Assembly: GCA_001818495.1 (NCBI GenBank)
Contig: MHKS01000005.1
Location: 180,188 to 244,187, forward strand
From: Candidatus Komeilibacteria bacterium RIFOXYD1_FULL_37_29
GTDB taxonomy: Bacteria > Patescibacteriota > Patescibacteriia > UBA1558 > GWA2-36-10
Reading direction: 5' to 3'
Length of the DNA stretch: 64,000 nucleotides
Shown here: positions 1 through 8,071 of the stretch, in pieces
Layout: the number at the start of each line of letters is the position of its first letter
How positions within the stretch are numbered: position 1 is the first letter of the stretch
Made by a program: the position numbers and the translations under genes
Notes under the pieces: generated by a model
What the model saw: the letters and a program-made list of their open reading frames with translations, nothing else
Databases searched by the model: none
What the model was told of the DNA's origin: nothing

Positions 1-241
1 GCTCTACCTCTGAGCCAAAATCAGCGTGGCCAGGAGTATCCACGATATTTATTTTGGTATCTTTATAAAAGACGGAAGCATTTTTTGAATAAATAGTAAT
101 ACCACGCTCTTTTTCTAGAGTGTTAGAATCCATACCAACGCTTTCATCGGACAAAGCACCAGTCTGTCGGAGGATGGCATCAGTCAAAGCAGTTTTGCCA
201 TGATCAACGTGAGCAATAATAGCTATATTTCTAATTTCCAT
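1..241 (-). CDS. typA: GTP-binding protein TypA/BipA, N-terminal part only (gene runs off the left edge of the window)
   Basis: The reverse-strand translation begins [24 protein letters not shown]...[13 protein letters not shown]. That is the G1 (AHVDHGKT) and G3 (DTPGH) motifs of a translational GTPase, with the TypA-type N-terminus. The ATG is at 239-241 on the complement strand. Confidence 0.8.
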   Translation of the reverse strand, partial: MEIRNIAIIAHVDHGKTALTDAILRQTGALSDESVGMDSNTLEKERGITIYSKNASVFYKDTKINIVDTPGHADFGSEVE

Positions 242-326
242 AAGTGCCAAGAATAACAAAAAACGAGCCAACTGTCAATCCAACCCCTAGCGAGGAACGG
301 GATTGATGTTTTGGCTAATGATAAAT

Positions 327-364
327 AAAAAACCGTCCCTCGACTACGCTCGGGACGGTTTTAA
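327..364. terminator. GC-rich hairpin (ccgtccc...gggacgg) flanked by A/T runs; intrinsic terminator between the zinc-ribbon gene and typA
   Basis: An inverted repeat is directly visible at about 333-358. An A-run lies on one side and a T-run on the other. Confidence 0.5.
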
Positions 365-368
365 TAAA

Positions 369-902
369 TTATTTCTTCTTTTTAACTATTTTCTTTTTAG
401 CTGCTTTCTTGTCAGGAACACTTTTCTTTTTGTCAATCTTTACCGGTATGGTAGTTTCTAGTTTAGCTGTCTTTTCAGTCTGAGAGGTAAAGGTAGCATT
501 TTTATCATGACCCAAGATTTTAAGTAGTTCATCTAGTTTGTAGTTGAGAGTTTTGATACCCTTACTGATTTCTTTAGAATCGGAGTTTCCTTGACCAGTT
601 GATCTATCTTCAAAGCGAGGTCTTGGACTCTTGTTATCGCCACCAAAGCTACTTGGTCTAGGAGCACCACCACCGCGTTTGCTAAAACAATCACTGCAAT
701 AGATTGGTTTATCACCGCTAGGTTTAAAAGGCACTTCGCATTCTTTGCCACAGTCATCACAAATCGCTTTGTGCATACTTGGTCTGTCACCGTCTCTATC
801 TCTATTAAAACCGCCGTGGCCATGGTCTCTTCGACCAAAGTTATTACCACCACCTCTTCGATCGTTAGGTCGGCCGCCTCTGTCTCTATTAAAATTTCCC
901 AT
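369..902 (-). CDS. RGG/RDR-rich zinc-ribbon protein with a lysine-rich tail; putative nucleic-acid-binding protein
   Basis: The 177 aa ORF has three parts. The N-terminus is low-complexity (RGG, RDR, GGG repeats). A C-x2-C...17 aa...C-x2-C ribbon follows (CDDCGKECEVPFKPSGDKPIYCSDCF). The tail is KK-rich. The ATG was confirmed at 900-902. Confidence 0.5.
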   Translation of the reverse strand: MGNFNRDRGGRPNDRRGGGNNFGRRDHGHGGFNRDRDGDRPSMHKAICDDCGKECEVPFKPSGDKPIYCSDCFSKRGGGAPRPSSFGGDNKSPRPRFEDRSTGQGNSDSKEISKGIKTLNYKLDELLKILGHDKNATFTSQTEKTAKLETTIPVKIDKKKSVPDKKAAKKKIVKKKK

Positions 903-1054
903 AATTGATATTTTACTAATTACCCCTGTAGTGTAGCTTTTTATGGCATAAATAGCAATAGATAGACCCCGGGAGGCCTTTTATGACTTTTCTTGCAATT
1001 ATTTAGGTAAGGTGGTATTTTAAATTTATCTAAGCCCATATTTAAAATAAAAGT

Positions 1055-1939
1055 ATGAATAAAAACCTTATTATTCTCTTTTTATCCGCTGTCATTATTA
1101 TGATCCTGGCTATTGTTGGTTTAAATTATGCCAAAAAACCAGTGCTGACTAATAATAATCAAAATCAGCCGATTAATGAGAATTTGAATGTTAATGATGA
1201 TACCAATGATGATCAGGTGGCACAAATGATTGTGGTTGAGGAGCCAAAGGTCAATGCCGAAGTAACCAATCCGATTACTGTGGCCGGTCGAGCTAGAGGT
1301 AATTGGTTTTTTGAAGCCAGTTTTCCCATCTCGGTTTATAATGCGGATAATCAAAAATTGGGTATTGGTATTGCACAAGCCAAAAGTGATTGGATGACTG
1401 AGGACTTTGTTGATTTTGAAGCTGAAATAGAATTTTCTAATCCAGGCACGGGTGATGGTTATTTGTTGGTGCAAAAAGACAATCCTTCTGGTTTACCACA
1501 ATATGACGCTTCTTTAAAAATTCCGATAAAATTTGTAGCCGCAACTGGTGATCTAACGGTAAAAGTATTTTTTGGTAACGAAAATTTTAATCCTAATGCT
1601 ATGGATTGCAGTTTGGTTTATCCCATAGAAAGACAAGTAGCCAAAACTGAAGCGGTGGCTCGCGTTGCTTTGGAAAGTTTGTTAGTTGGTCCAACAGAGA
1701 TTGAAAAACAAAACGGTTATTATACTTCTCTTAATACTGGGGTAGGTATTAATTCACTGAAGATTGAAAATGCCACAGCTTATGTAGATTTTGATAGTCA
1801 ATTAGAACAAGCAGTAGGTGGTTCCTGTCGCGTTTTAGCCATTGCTTCCCAGATTAGGGAGACTTTGAAACAATTTGAGACAGTAGAGGATGTAGTGATA
1901 TCAGTTGATGGACGTACAGAAGATATTTTGCAGCCATAA
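1055..1939 (+). CDS. membrane-anchored GerMN/Gmad2-like domain protein
   Basis: The N-terminus has a TM helix. The C-terminal ~90 aa (VDFDSQLEQAVGGSCRVLAIASQIRETLKQF...VISVDGR) resembles the GerMN domain. Confidence 0.45.
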   Translation: MNKNLIILFLSAVIIMILAIVGLNYAKKPVLTNNNQNQPINENLNVNDDTNDDQVAQMIVVEEPKVNAEVTNPITVAGRARGNWFFEASFPISVYNADNQKLGIGIAQAKSDWMTEDFVDFEAEIEFSNPGTGDGYLLVQKDNPSGLPQYDASLKIPIKFVAATGDLTVKVFFGNENFNPNAMDCSLVYPIERQVAKTEAVARVALESLLVGPTEIEKQNGYYTSLNTGVGINSLKIENATAYVDFDSQLEQAVGGSCRVLAIASQIRETLKQFETVEDVVISVDGRTEDILQP

Positions 1940-1960
1940 AATTTAAAATATTTTAGCAAA

Positions 1961-1990
1961 AAAAGTCCCCTAGCGGGGGACTTTTTAATT
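1961..1990. terminator. bidirectional hairpin terminator (aaaaagtcccc tagc ggggactttttaa) between convergent genes
   Basis: A perfect GC stem sits between an A-run and a T-run. Confidence 0.55.
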
Positions 1991-1997
1991 GTTGATT

Positions 1998-2483
1998 TTA
2001 GGCTTTTAATAGATTGTCTAATTGTTCTAGTCCCATGGTGAAACCTTGTTCAAATCCCATTTTAATCATTTTATCCATATCATCTGTAGAGTCGAAAGAT
2101 AGAGTGACAATCATTTTAGTTTTATTGTTGATATTTTCAAATTTGACATGCCAAGTAGTGGAGGGAAGTTTTTTGTCGATTACGCCCGTTTCTTTACAAA
2201 AACTATCACGTCCAGTAAATTCTTTGCCTGGTATTATATTTAAATAATCAACCCAACACCATTGTTTTTCACCGTTTGGTCCGGCCATGTAATAATGCCA
2301 ATAGCCATTTTTGGAAAAATCTAAAGATTTAGTGATAGCTTTCCATGGCTCCGGTCCCCACCACTGATCAAGCATTTGGGAGTTTGTCCAAGCATGCCAG
2401 AGTTTATTTATAGGAGCGTTATATATTTTTTCCACAGTAATATTTTTTTGCTCTTTATTATGTGCAAAGGTTGCCTTACCCAT
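1998..2483 (-). CDS. SRPBCC / Aha1-like (activator of Hsp90 ATPase homolog 1-like) domain protein
   Basis: The 161 aa protein shows the AHSA1/SRPBCC pattern (NAPINKLWHAWTNSQMLDQWWGPEPWKA...GYWHYYM). Confidence 0.55.
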   Translation of the reverse strand: MGKATFAHNKEQKNITVEKIYNAPINKLWHAWTNSQMLDQWWGPEPWKAITKSLDFSKNGYWHYYMAGPNGEKQWCWVDYLNIIPGKEFTGRDSFCKETGVIDKKLPSTTWHVKFENINNKTKMIVTLSFDSTDDMDKMIKMGFEQGFTMGLEQLDNLLKA

Positions 2484-2538
2484 ATATTTTATTTATTTTA
2501 ATAATTTAATAGTAAAGAGAGCTATTTGAAGTAGCTAC

Positions 2539-2727
2539 TTATTTATTTTCTATAGTAAATTTTTTCTTATTTTTTACTAGACTTATAATACCAACAATAA
2601 CTATTACTAGTCCTAGCAATTGTGCTCCTGGGCTATCATCATATCCTCCGTAGACAAATAAAAATATACCAAATAGTATTAACAAAATAAATAATATTAT
2701 TTTACTTATGTATTTTCCTTTATTCAT
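2539..2727 (-). CDS. small membrane protein (hypothetical)
   Basis: The product has two predicted TM helices. The track start at 2745 is a TTG. The first ATG (MNKGKYIS...) is at 2725-2727. Confidence 0.3.
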   Translation of the reverse strand: MNKGKYISKIILFILLILFGIFLFVYGGYDDSPGAQLLGLVIVIVGIISLVKNKKKFTIENK

Positions 2728-2756
2728 ATAAAAAGTATAGCACAATTTATCAATCC

Positions 2757-2785
2757 CAAAAAATCGCCTTTAGGGCGATTTTCTA
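2757..2785 (-). terminator. hairpin (aaatcgcc tttagg gcgattt) immediately downstream of the tRNA cluster on the minus strand
   Basis: An inverted repeat with a flanking T-run lies in the orientation of tRNA transcription. Confidence 0.4.
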
Positions 2786-2787
2786 GA

Positions 2788-2862
2788 TGGCTCCGAGGGG
2801 GGGATTCGAACCCACGACCAATTGATTAACAGTCAACTGCTCTACCACTGAGCTACCTCGGA
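2788..2862 (-). tRNA. tRNA-Asn (anticodon GTT), CCA encoded
   Basis: Manual fold: acceptor TCCGAGG/CCTCGGA, anticodon loop CTGTTAA, T-loop TTCGAAT. One U-C mismatch is tolerated in the T-stem. Confidence 0.7.
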
Positions 2863-2880
2863 ATAAGTATTAAAGCGGCT

Positions 2881-2957
2881 TGGTAGCAGGGGTGGGAATC
2901 GAACCCACGACCTCAGGCTTATGAGTCCTACGCTCTAACCAACTGAGCTACCCTGCC
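2881..2957 (-). tRNA. tRNA with CAT anticodon (Met elongator or Ile2-lysidine type)
   Basis: Manual fold: acceptor GGCAGGG/CCCTGCT with a G1-U72 pair, anticodon loop CTCATAA, T-loop TTCGATT, CCA encoded. Confidence 0.65.
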
Positions 2958-2984
2958 GAGATATATGAAGATTTTATTTTAAAT

Positions 2985-3060
2985 TGGTAGCGGGGGTCGG
3001 ACTTGAACCGACGACCTCCAGGTTATGGGCCTGGCGAGCTGCCAACTGCTCTACCCCGCG
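2985..3060 (-). tRNA. tRNA-Met (CAT); possible initiator because of an apparent position 1-72 mismatch
   Basis: Manual fold: anticodon stem CCAGG/CCTGG, loop CCCATAA, T-arm GTCGG-TTCAAGT-CCGAC, CCA encoded. The 5' C opposite U72 appears unpaired. Confidence 0.6.
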
Positions 3061-3084
3061 TCATGAAAGATAAAATTTTTATTT

Positions 3085-3161
3085 TGGTCGGGGTGATCAG
3101 ACTTGAACTGACGACCTCACGCACCCCATGCGTACGCGCTAGCCAACTGCGCTACACCCCG
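3085..3161 (-). tRNA. tRNA-Pro (anticodon GGG)
   Basis: The 5' end CGGGGTGTAGCGCAG is typical of tRNA-Pro. The anticodon loop is ATGGGGT. Confidence 0.7.
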
Positions 3162-3217
3162 AAATTTTGCAAAGTATAGCAAGTATAAAGTAATTTAACT
3201 ATATTGACAAGACTATA

Positions 3218-3294
3218 TGGTGGACCCAACAGGGCTTGAACCTGCGACCTCTTCCATGCCATGGAAGCGCTCTAGCCAACTGAGCTATGGGCCC
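3218..3294 (-). tRNA. tRNA-Ala (anticodon GGC) with the G3-U70 identity pair
   Basis: The acceptor GGGCCCA/TGGGTCC gives G3 opposite T70. The anticodon loop is ATGGCAT and CCA is encoded. Confidence 0.75.
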
Positions 3295-3304
3295 GGATTA
3301 GAAA

Positions 3305-3392
3305 TGGTACCGAAGAGAGGAATCGAACCTCCACGGGGTTGCCCCCACTGGATTTTGAGTCCAGCGCGTCTGCCAGTTCCGCCACTTCGGCC
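3305..3392 (-). tRNA. tRNA-Leu (anticodon CAA), long variable arm
   Basis: The 88-nt gene starts GGCCGAAGTGGCGGAA. The anticodon loop is CTCAAAA, and the variable arm is long, as in class II tRNAs. Confidence 0.75.
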
Positions 3393-3416
3393 TGTAAATT
3401 CATATAAACAGAAATG

Positions 3417-3445
3417 ATTTTACAATAAATTTTCTTTTTAGTCAA
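3417..3445 (-). promoter_or_regulatory. sigma70-like promoter for the tRNA cluster (TTGACT -17- TAAAAT on the minus strand)
   Basis: Read on the reverse complement just upstream of tRNA-Leu. A second TTGTCA-17-TATACT match sits between tRNA-Ala and tRNA-Pro at about 3170-3205. Confidence 0.45.
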
Positions 3446-3480
3446 CAGGGTTTATTAAACATAAAAGTGACTTTTATGAC

Positions 3481-3508
3481 TTGTCATAATTGTAAAAACC
3501 TGTATAAT
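3481..3508 (+). promoter_or_regulatory. sigma70-like promoter (TTGTCA -16- TATAAT) for the FTR1 permease gene
   Basis: A consensus-like -35/-10 pair lies ~30 nt upstream of the ATG at 3540. Confidence 0.45.
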
Positions 3509-3539
3509 AATAAAGATATTTAACTTTAAATCAAAATAA

Positions 3540-4373
3540 ATGACAGCCAGTTTCATTATTACTTTGCGTGAAACTCTTGAGGCCGCTTTAATTGTCGGCA
3601 TTGTTATTGGAGTTTTAAAACGCAGCAATCAATATATATATTATCGGATGGTTTGGTACGGGGTTCTGGCCGGTATAGCTCTGAGTGTTTTAGGGGCAGC
3701 ATTTTTCCAAAGATTGGCCGGTGGATTTTCCGGTCGAGCTGAGGAATTATTTGAAGGTATTACTATGCTAGTGGGTGGTTTTTTAATTACCACCCTGATA
3801 GTTTGGGTAATGCATCGAGGCAATTTTAACCAAGAGTTGAGCAATAAAACCAACGAGCATGTTTATAAAGCTCGGCCACTGAGTATTTTCTTTATGGTTT
3901 TGGTGGCTATTTTACGCGAAGGTATTGAAACAGTAATATTTCTTCAATCAGCCAGTTTGGTCTCTGGTGACAAAAATCTATGGGGAGCGTTACTAGGTAT
4001 AGTTTTGGCGATTGGTTTGGGAGTGGCCTTATATTTTGGTTTTTTAAGAATAAATTTAAAAAAATTTTTCTATACGACCAGTATTATTTTGATATTTTTT
4101 GCGGCTGGTCTGATAGCTCACGGTGTCCACGAGCTCCAAGAGACAGGAATCTTGCCAATTTTAACAGCTAAAGTTTGGGATATTAATCCGACGGTTTTAG
4201 TCGATGGAAATTATCCGCTGTGGCATGAAAAAGGAGTGGGCGGGCATTTTCTAGTCGGACTTTTTGGTTACAATGGTAATCCCACCGGCTTGGAAGTAAT
4301 GAGTTATGTCTTATATTTATTGGGTATTGCTTATTTTTGGCACAAGATGATCAATAAAAAGGCTGTTATTTAG
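3540..4373 (+). CDS. FTR1/EfeU-family high-affinity iron permease
   Basis: The protein is polytopic and carries two RExxE motifs in TM segments (RETLE near the N-terminus, REGIE at ~aa 127). These are the hallmark of FTR1/EfeU iron permeases. Confidence 0.6.
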   Translation: MTASFIITLRETLEAALIVGIVIGVLKRSNQYIYYRMVWYGVLAGIALSVLGAAFFQRLAGGFSGRAEELFEGITMLVGGFLITTLIVWVMHRGNFNQELSNKTNEHVYKARPLSIFFMVLVAILREGIETVIFLQSASLVSGDKNLWGALLGIVLAIGLGVALYFGFLRINLKKFFYTTSIILIFFAAGLIAHGVHELQETGILPILTAKVWDINPTVLVDGNYPLWHEKGVGGHFLVGLFGYNGNPTGLEVMSYVLYLLGIAYFWHKMINKKAVI

Positions 4374-4422
4374 GAGCGTTTGTGTTAATATTTAACTATA
4401 GAATATTAGATTATTTAAAAAA

Positions 4423-5175
4423 ATGTTGATATTATCCTGGAACATCAATGGTATTAGAGCCGCTATTCGCAAAGGCTTTATTGATTTTTTAAAAAAAACC
4501 AAGCCAGATGTTATTTGTTTGCAGGAAGTAAAGATTTCTGACGCTAAACGGGTGCAGGAGCAATTTGATTTTATAGATTATCAAGAATTTTTCAATTGCG
4601 CTAAGCGCTCTGGTTATAGTGGTACAGCTATTTTAGTCAGAAATGGTTTAGTAGTAAAATATTTACCCACCTTAGACTGGGATGATGAAGGACGCATTCA
4701 AGTTTTAGACATCGGGCACTATTATGTGGTCAATATTTATTTTCCCAACGCCAATCATGAATTGTCTCGTTTGAATTTTAAAATAGATTTTAGTGACAAG
4801 CTCTTGGCTTATTTAAAAAAATTGGAAAAAGATAAGCCACTGATTATTACCGGTGATTACAATGTGGCTCATCAAGAAATGGATTTGGCTCGTCCCAAAG
4901 AAAATGTCGGCAGTCCCGGCTTTACCGCAGAGGAAAGAGCTTGGATGGACAAATTTTTAAAGGCTGGATTTAAAGATACTTTTCGCGAGCTTTACCCTAG
5001 TAAGATTCAATATTCTTGGTGGTCTTATCGAGCCATGGCTCGGGTCAACAATGTCGGTTGGCGCATAGATTATTTTTGTGTTTCAGCTAGTATCATAAAA
5101 AAAATATCCCAGGCTTTTATCTTGGATAGGGTAATGGGCTCAGATCATGCGCCAGTGGGTATTGAGATAAGATAA
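4423..5175 (+). CDS. xth: exodeoxyribonuclease III (AP endonuclease, Xth family)
   Basis: MLILSWNINGIRA...ICLQEVK...ITGDYNVAH...WSYR...DRVMGSDHAPV matches the ExoIII/EEP family. The catalytic Asp/His residues are conserved. Confidence 0.85.
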   Translation: MLILSWNINGIRAAIRKGFIDFLKKTKPDVICLQEVKISDAKRVQEQFDFIDYQEFFNCAKRSGYSGTAILVRNGLVVKYLPTLDWDDEGRIQVLDIGHYYVVNIYFPNANHELSRLNFKIDFSDKLLAYLKKLEKDKPLIITGDYNVAHQEMDLARPKENVGSPGFTAEERAWMDKFLKAGFKDTFRELYPSKIQYSWWSYRAMARVNNVGWRIDYFCVSASIIKKISQAFILDRVMGSDHAPVGIEIR

Positions 5176-5197
5176 AATTTATTTTGGCTAATGTTAG

Positions 5198-5238
5198 TAA
5201 ACAATTGTCATATATGATTGACAATTGTTTATTTATTA
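5198..5238 (+). terminator. 13-bp perfect inverted repeat (taaacaattgtca / tgacaattgttta, 8-nt loop) followed by a T-rich tract; terminator of xth
   Basis: Directly visible 23 nt after the xth stop codon. Confidence 0.5.
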
Positions 5239-5325
5239 GCCTGCATAGCCAGTGCAGTGGCTAGCGGAGTATTGGTTCGTCTTCTAAAGAGGTAGTAGAG
5301 ATATCCTCAAACAACATTTGAGTAA

Positions 5326-5360
5326 AACAAAAACTTCGGTTTAACAGACCGAAGTTTTAA
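5326..5360 (-). terminator. hairpin (aacttcggt ttaacag accgaagtt) with flanking T-run; terminator for the minus-strand hydrolase-like gene
   Basis: The inverted repeat is visible downstream of the gene end at 5379 on the minus strand. Confidence 0.5.
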
Positions 5361-5378
5361 ATTTTAAAATATAAATTG

Positions 5379-6503
5379 TTAATTAAAGACATGATCCGGA
5401 TAATAATTTCTGGCATTCCATAGTAGCCAGCCACTGGTAGTGGAGGCTACTTCAGTGGCTTCTATTTGGGCATCTATTTTTGTTTTGTCATAGACTGCGC
5501 GGATATTAAAAGCTTGCAACCAAGGTCGAATGGTTGCTCGACTACTTCTAGCAGTACTGGAACTGATTTCTAATCCATATGCTATGACATCATAAGGATG
5601 CTCGGCAGAATTGGTAAAGCCCAAATAGGTTAAGGGATAATGTGACGGATACATCATAGGAGAAACATAATCAAAATACTGTACGACGCTACTTAGTCTT
5701 TGACCAATGCCTAAATCATAGTCATCATCAGTATGATCCATGACCAGTCCAAATGTGTCTATAGATATGGGAGCTAGACCAGTAAGATTGTCGGATAGAT
5801 ATTTGAAAAATTTATCCAGCATACTGACTTTGGTTTCGCCAGCCGGAATATTGTAAGCAATATTGCCAATACTGCCATCGCTCGGGTATCTCATGTAGTC
5901 AAAATTTATTTCATCAAAGCCTAGAGAGATAGCCTCTTTGGTAATAGCCAGATTATATTGCCAGACTTCTTTTTGAGCTGGATCCACCCAGGCCAAACCA
6001 CTTTTGTCATACCAAGTATTTCCATTGCTAGTTTTGATAGCTAGATCTGGGCGACTACTAGCCAAAGCTGGATCTTGAAAAACAGTTTGGCGCGCTATGA
6101 CATAGATATTCAGGTCATGAAATTCTTTGAGTACTTTGGCCAAATCTGGTATGCGATTATTTTTGGCTTTGACATTTTGGACTTCAAGTATTTGGCTATC
6201 ATATAGTATGTAGCCAGAATAATCTTTTATATCAATGACCACGGTATTTATCCGACTGTCTTTTATTTTTTCCAAAAGATTATTTCTATAACTATCACTA
6301 CCAGCCGAATAGGCGGTCAGATAAATACCGCGCACATATTCTGGTCGGTAAGATTTTTTGACGATATTATCAGGGACTTTTTTTTCAGTGGGAGAAGTTT
6401 TAAATAAAGTATCGCTATAGTTTGTACTTAGCAGTAAAAAACTGACAACAAAAACCAGCCCCAAGATAGATAGATGTAGGCGGTTTTTACTGATCTTTAG
6501 CAT
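5379..6503 (-). CDS. secreted putative glycoside-hydrolase-like TIM-barrel protein (DUF4015/GHL-type)
   Basis: The protein has an N-terminal signal/TM segment. The body (RGIYLTAY...INTVVIDIKDY...WVDP...FDEINFDYMRYP) resembles the GHL/DUF4015 putative glycosyl hydrolase family common in CPR genomes. Confidence 0.4.
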   Translation of the reverse strand: MLKISKNRLHLSILGLVFVVSFLLLSTNYSDTLFKTSPTEKKVPDNIVKKSYRPEYVRGIYLTAYSAGSDSYRNNLLEKIKDSRINTVVIDIKDYSGYILYDSQILEVQNVKAKNNRIPDLAKVLKEFHDLNIYVIARQTVFQDPALASSRPDLAIKTSNGNTWYDKSGLAWVDPAQKEVWQYNLAITKEAISLGFDEINFDYMRYPSDGSIGNIAYNIPAGETKVSMLDKFFKYLSDNLTGLAPISIDTFGLVMDHTDDDYDLGIGQRLSSVVQYFDYVSPMMYPSHYPLTYLGFTNSAEHPYDVIAYGLEISSSTARSSRATIRPWLQAFNIRAVYDKTKIDAQIEATEVASTTSGWLLWNARNYYPDHVFN

Positions 6504-6532
6504 GTAAATATTATAACAGATAATTATCAGGG

Positions 6533-6561
6533 TTGCCTAATCTGTCAATTTTATTTAAAAT
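6533..6561 (+). promoter_or_regulatory. sigma70-like promoter (TTGCCT -17- TAAAAT) for the M23 peptidase gene
   Basis: The track start at 6533 is a TTG that coincides with the -35 element. The real ATG is at 6569. Confidence 0.4.
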
Positions 6562-6568
6562 ATATATT

Positions 6569-7798
6569 ATGAAAAAATACATTATTATTATCTCTATTAT
6601 TGTGGTCGGCGCAGCGGTGTTTGGCCTTGTTTTTTCTCTTAAAAACAAGCAATCTCAGGATCAAGAGGCCCAAGCCGAGCTTATAGAAGAATCTAAGGAT
6701 CGCGAAGTACTTATCACAGTAGAGCCTGGTATGACTTTTTCCACTATTTGTGAAGAAGTAGGTGTCTCCGCCACGCTCATGACAGAGCTTTTGACCACCA
6801 GCCAAGAGACTTATGATTTGGTAAAAATCAGAGTTGGTCGGGAAATAAAATTTTATTTTGATAAAGAAACTGGAAATTTTGTCCGGCTTATTTATCCCAT
6901 CGACAGTGAAGAAGAATTGTTTATCGAATATGATCAAGCGGGTGTCTTGCTAGCCGAGCGTCGAGTAATTGATTATCAAATAAAAATCAAGACTGTTTCC
7001 GGCACCATTGATTCTTCTCTTTATCAGTCAGCACTTGATCAAAATGTGGACATCAGAGCAATTATTGAGCTAGCTGATGTTTTTGCCTGGACAGTGGATT
7101 TTGGTATGGGTATTAGAGTTGGGGATACTTACAAGTTTATTTATGAAGAAAGATATAGAAACAATCAGTATCAGAGGCCGGGTAAAATTTTGGCGGCCAA
7201 ATTTGTTAATGACGGTAAAACTATTGAAGGTTATTATTTTTCAGAAGGGAAAGATGATGATGGAGATATAGTAGATGGCTATTATCATTCGACCGGTGAA
7301 TCGGTCCAAAAAATATTTCTCAAAAATCCCGTTGATTTCAAATATATCAGCTCTGGTTTTACTACTGGCCGTCGTTATGTGGAAGCTTTTAATGTTTCTA
7401 CTGGTCATCGGGCGATTGATTATGCCGCGGCCGCTGGTACACCCATCAGAGCAGTGGGCGACGGGACAGTTACTTTTGCCGGTTGGAGCAAAGCCGGTTA
7501 TGGAAACCTGACCAGCATCAGACACAACAGTGTCTTTAGTACCAACTATGCTCATCAGAGTAAGTTGGCTGTATCGTCGGGGGAAAAAGTCGTACAGGGA
7601 CAAATTATTGGTTATGTCGGCTCGACCGGATTTTCTACTGGTCCACATCTTCATTTTGAGATGGTCAAAAATGGCACCAAAATAAATCCGCTGACTGTCG
7701 ATATTCCGTCGGATAAGTCCGTATCAGCCGAAAAGATGGAAGAATTTAAAACGGCTATTTCTAGTTGGCAAGAGCAATTAAACAATATAATTATATAA
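6569..7798 (+). CDS. M23 family metallopeptidase (LytM/MepM-like murein endopeptidase) with N-terminal TM anchor
   Basis: The C-terminus has the HxxxD...HxH M23 motifs (HRAIDYAAAAGTPI...GSTGFSTGPHLHFE). An OapA/LysM-like region precedes them. Confidence 0.8.
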   Translation: MKKYIIIISIIVVGAAVFGLVFSLKNKQSQDQEAQAELIEESKDREVLITVEPGMTFSTICEEVGVSATLMTELLTTSQETYDLVKIRVGREIKFYFDKETGNFVRLIYPIDSEEELFIEYDQAGVLLAERRVIDYQIKIKTVSGTIDSSLYQSALDQNVDIRAIIELADVFAWTVDFGMGIRVGDTYKFIYEERYRNNQYQRPGKILAAKFVNDGKTIEGYYFSEGKDDDGDIVDGYYHSTGESVQKIFLKNPVDFKYISSGFTTGRRYVEAFNVSTGHRAIDYAAAAGTPIRAVGDGTVTFAGWSKAGYGNLTSIRHNSVFSTNYAHQSKLAVSSGEKVVQGQIIGYVGSTGFSTGPHLHFEMVKNGTKINPLTVDIPSDKSVSAEKMEEFKTAISSWQEQLNNIII

Positions 7799-7799
7799 G

Positions 7800-8036
7800 A
7801 TGGATAATTTTAATTCTCAGTACACTAAGAATCAGGATAAAATAAAAGAAGAAGTAGCCAAATCTTCTTGGACGCTTTCTTACCGCATCAAGGGTATGGC
7901 CGCTGGAGCACTAGCCATGTTTTTCTATATCAATTTTTATTTGGGGAAAGACAATCCCAAAATGATTATAGCTGGTGGTATCTTGGGTTATTTTTTGGGC
8001 TGGATGATTGGCCGATTTTTTTACACCAAAAACTAG
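7800..8036 (+). CDS. small membrane protein (hypothetical)
   Basis: The 78 aa product has two predicted TM helices. Confidence 0.3.
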   Translation: MDNFNSQYTKNQDKIKEEVAKSSWTLSYRIKGMAAGALAMFFYINFYLGKDNPKMIIAGGILGYFLGWMIGRFFYTKN

Positions 8037-8071
8037 ATTATATGCTATAATTAGAAGAGATTTGCGATCGT

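Noticed and set aside
533-936. ORFs 533-853 (-) and 745-936 (+) overlapping the zinc-ribbon gene
   Set aside because: They are in alternative frames of a clearly coding gene. The products are low complexity and have no start context.
3217-3417. 66 aa ORF on the + strand
   Set aside because: It lies entirely antisense to tRNA-Ala and tRNA-Leu. It is a chance ORF.
5198-5231. Perfect 13-bp palindrome as a possible transcription-factor operator
   Set aside because: It is located 3' of xth, between convergent genes, and is followed by a T-rich tract. That fits an intrinsic terminator better than an operator.
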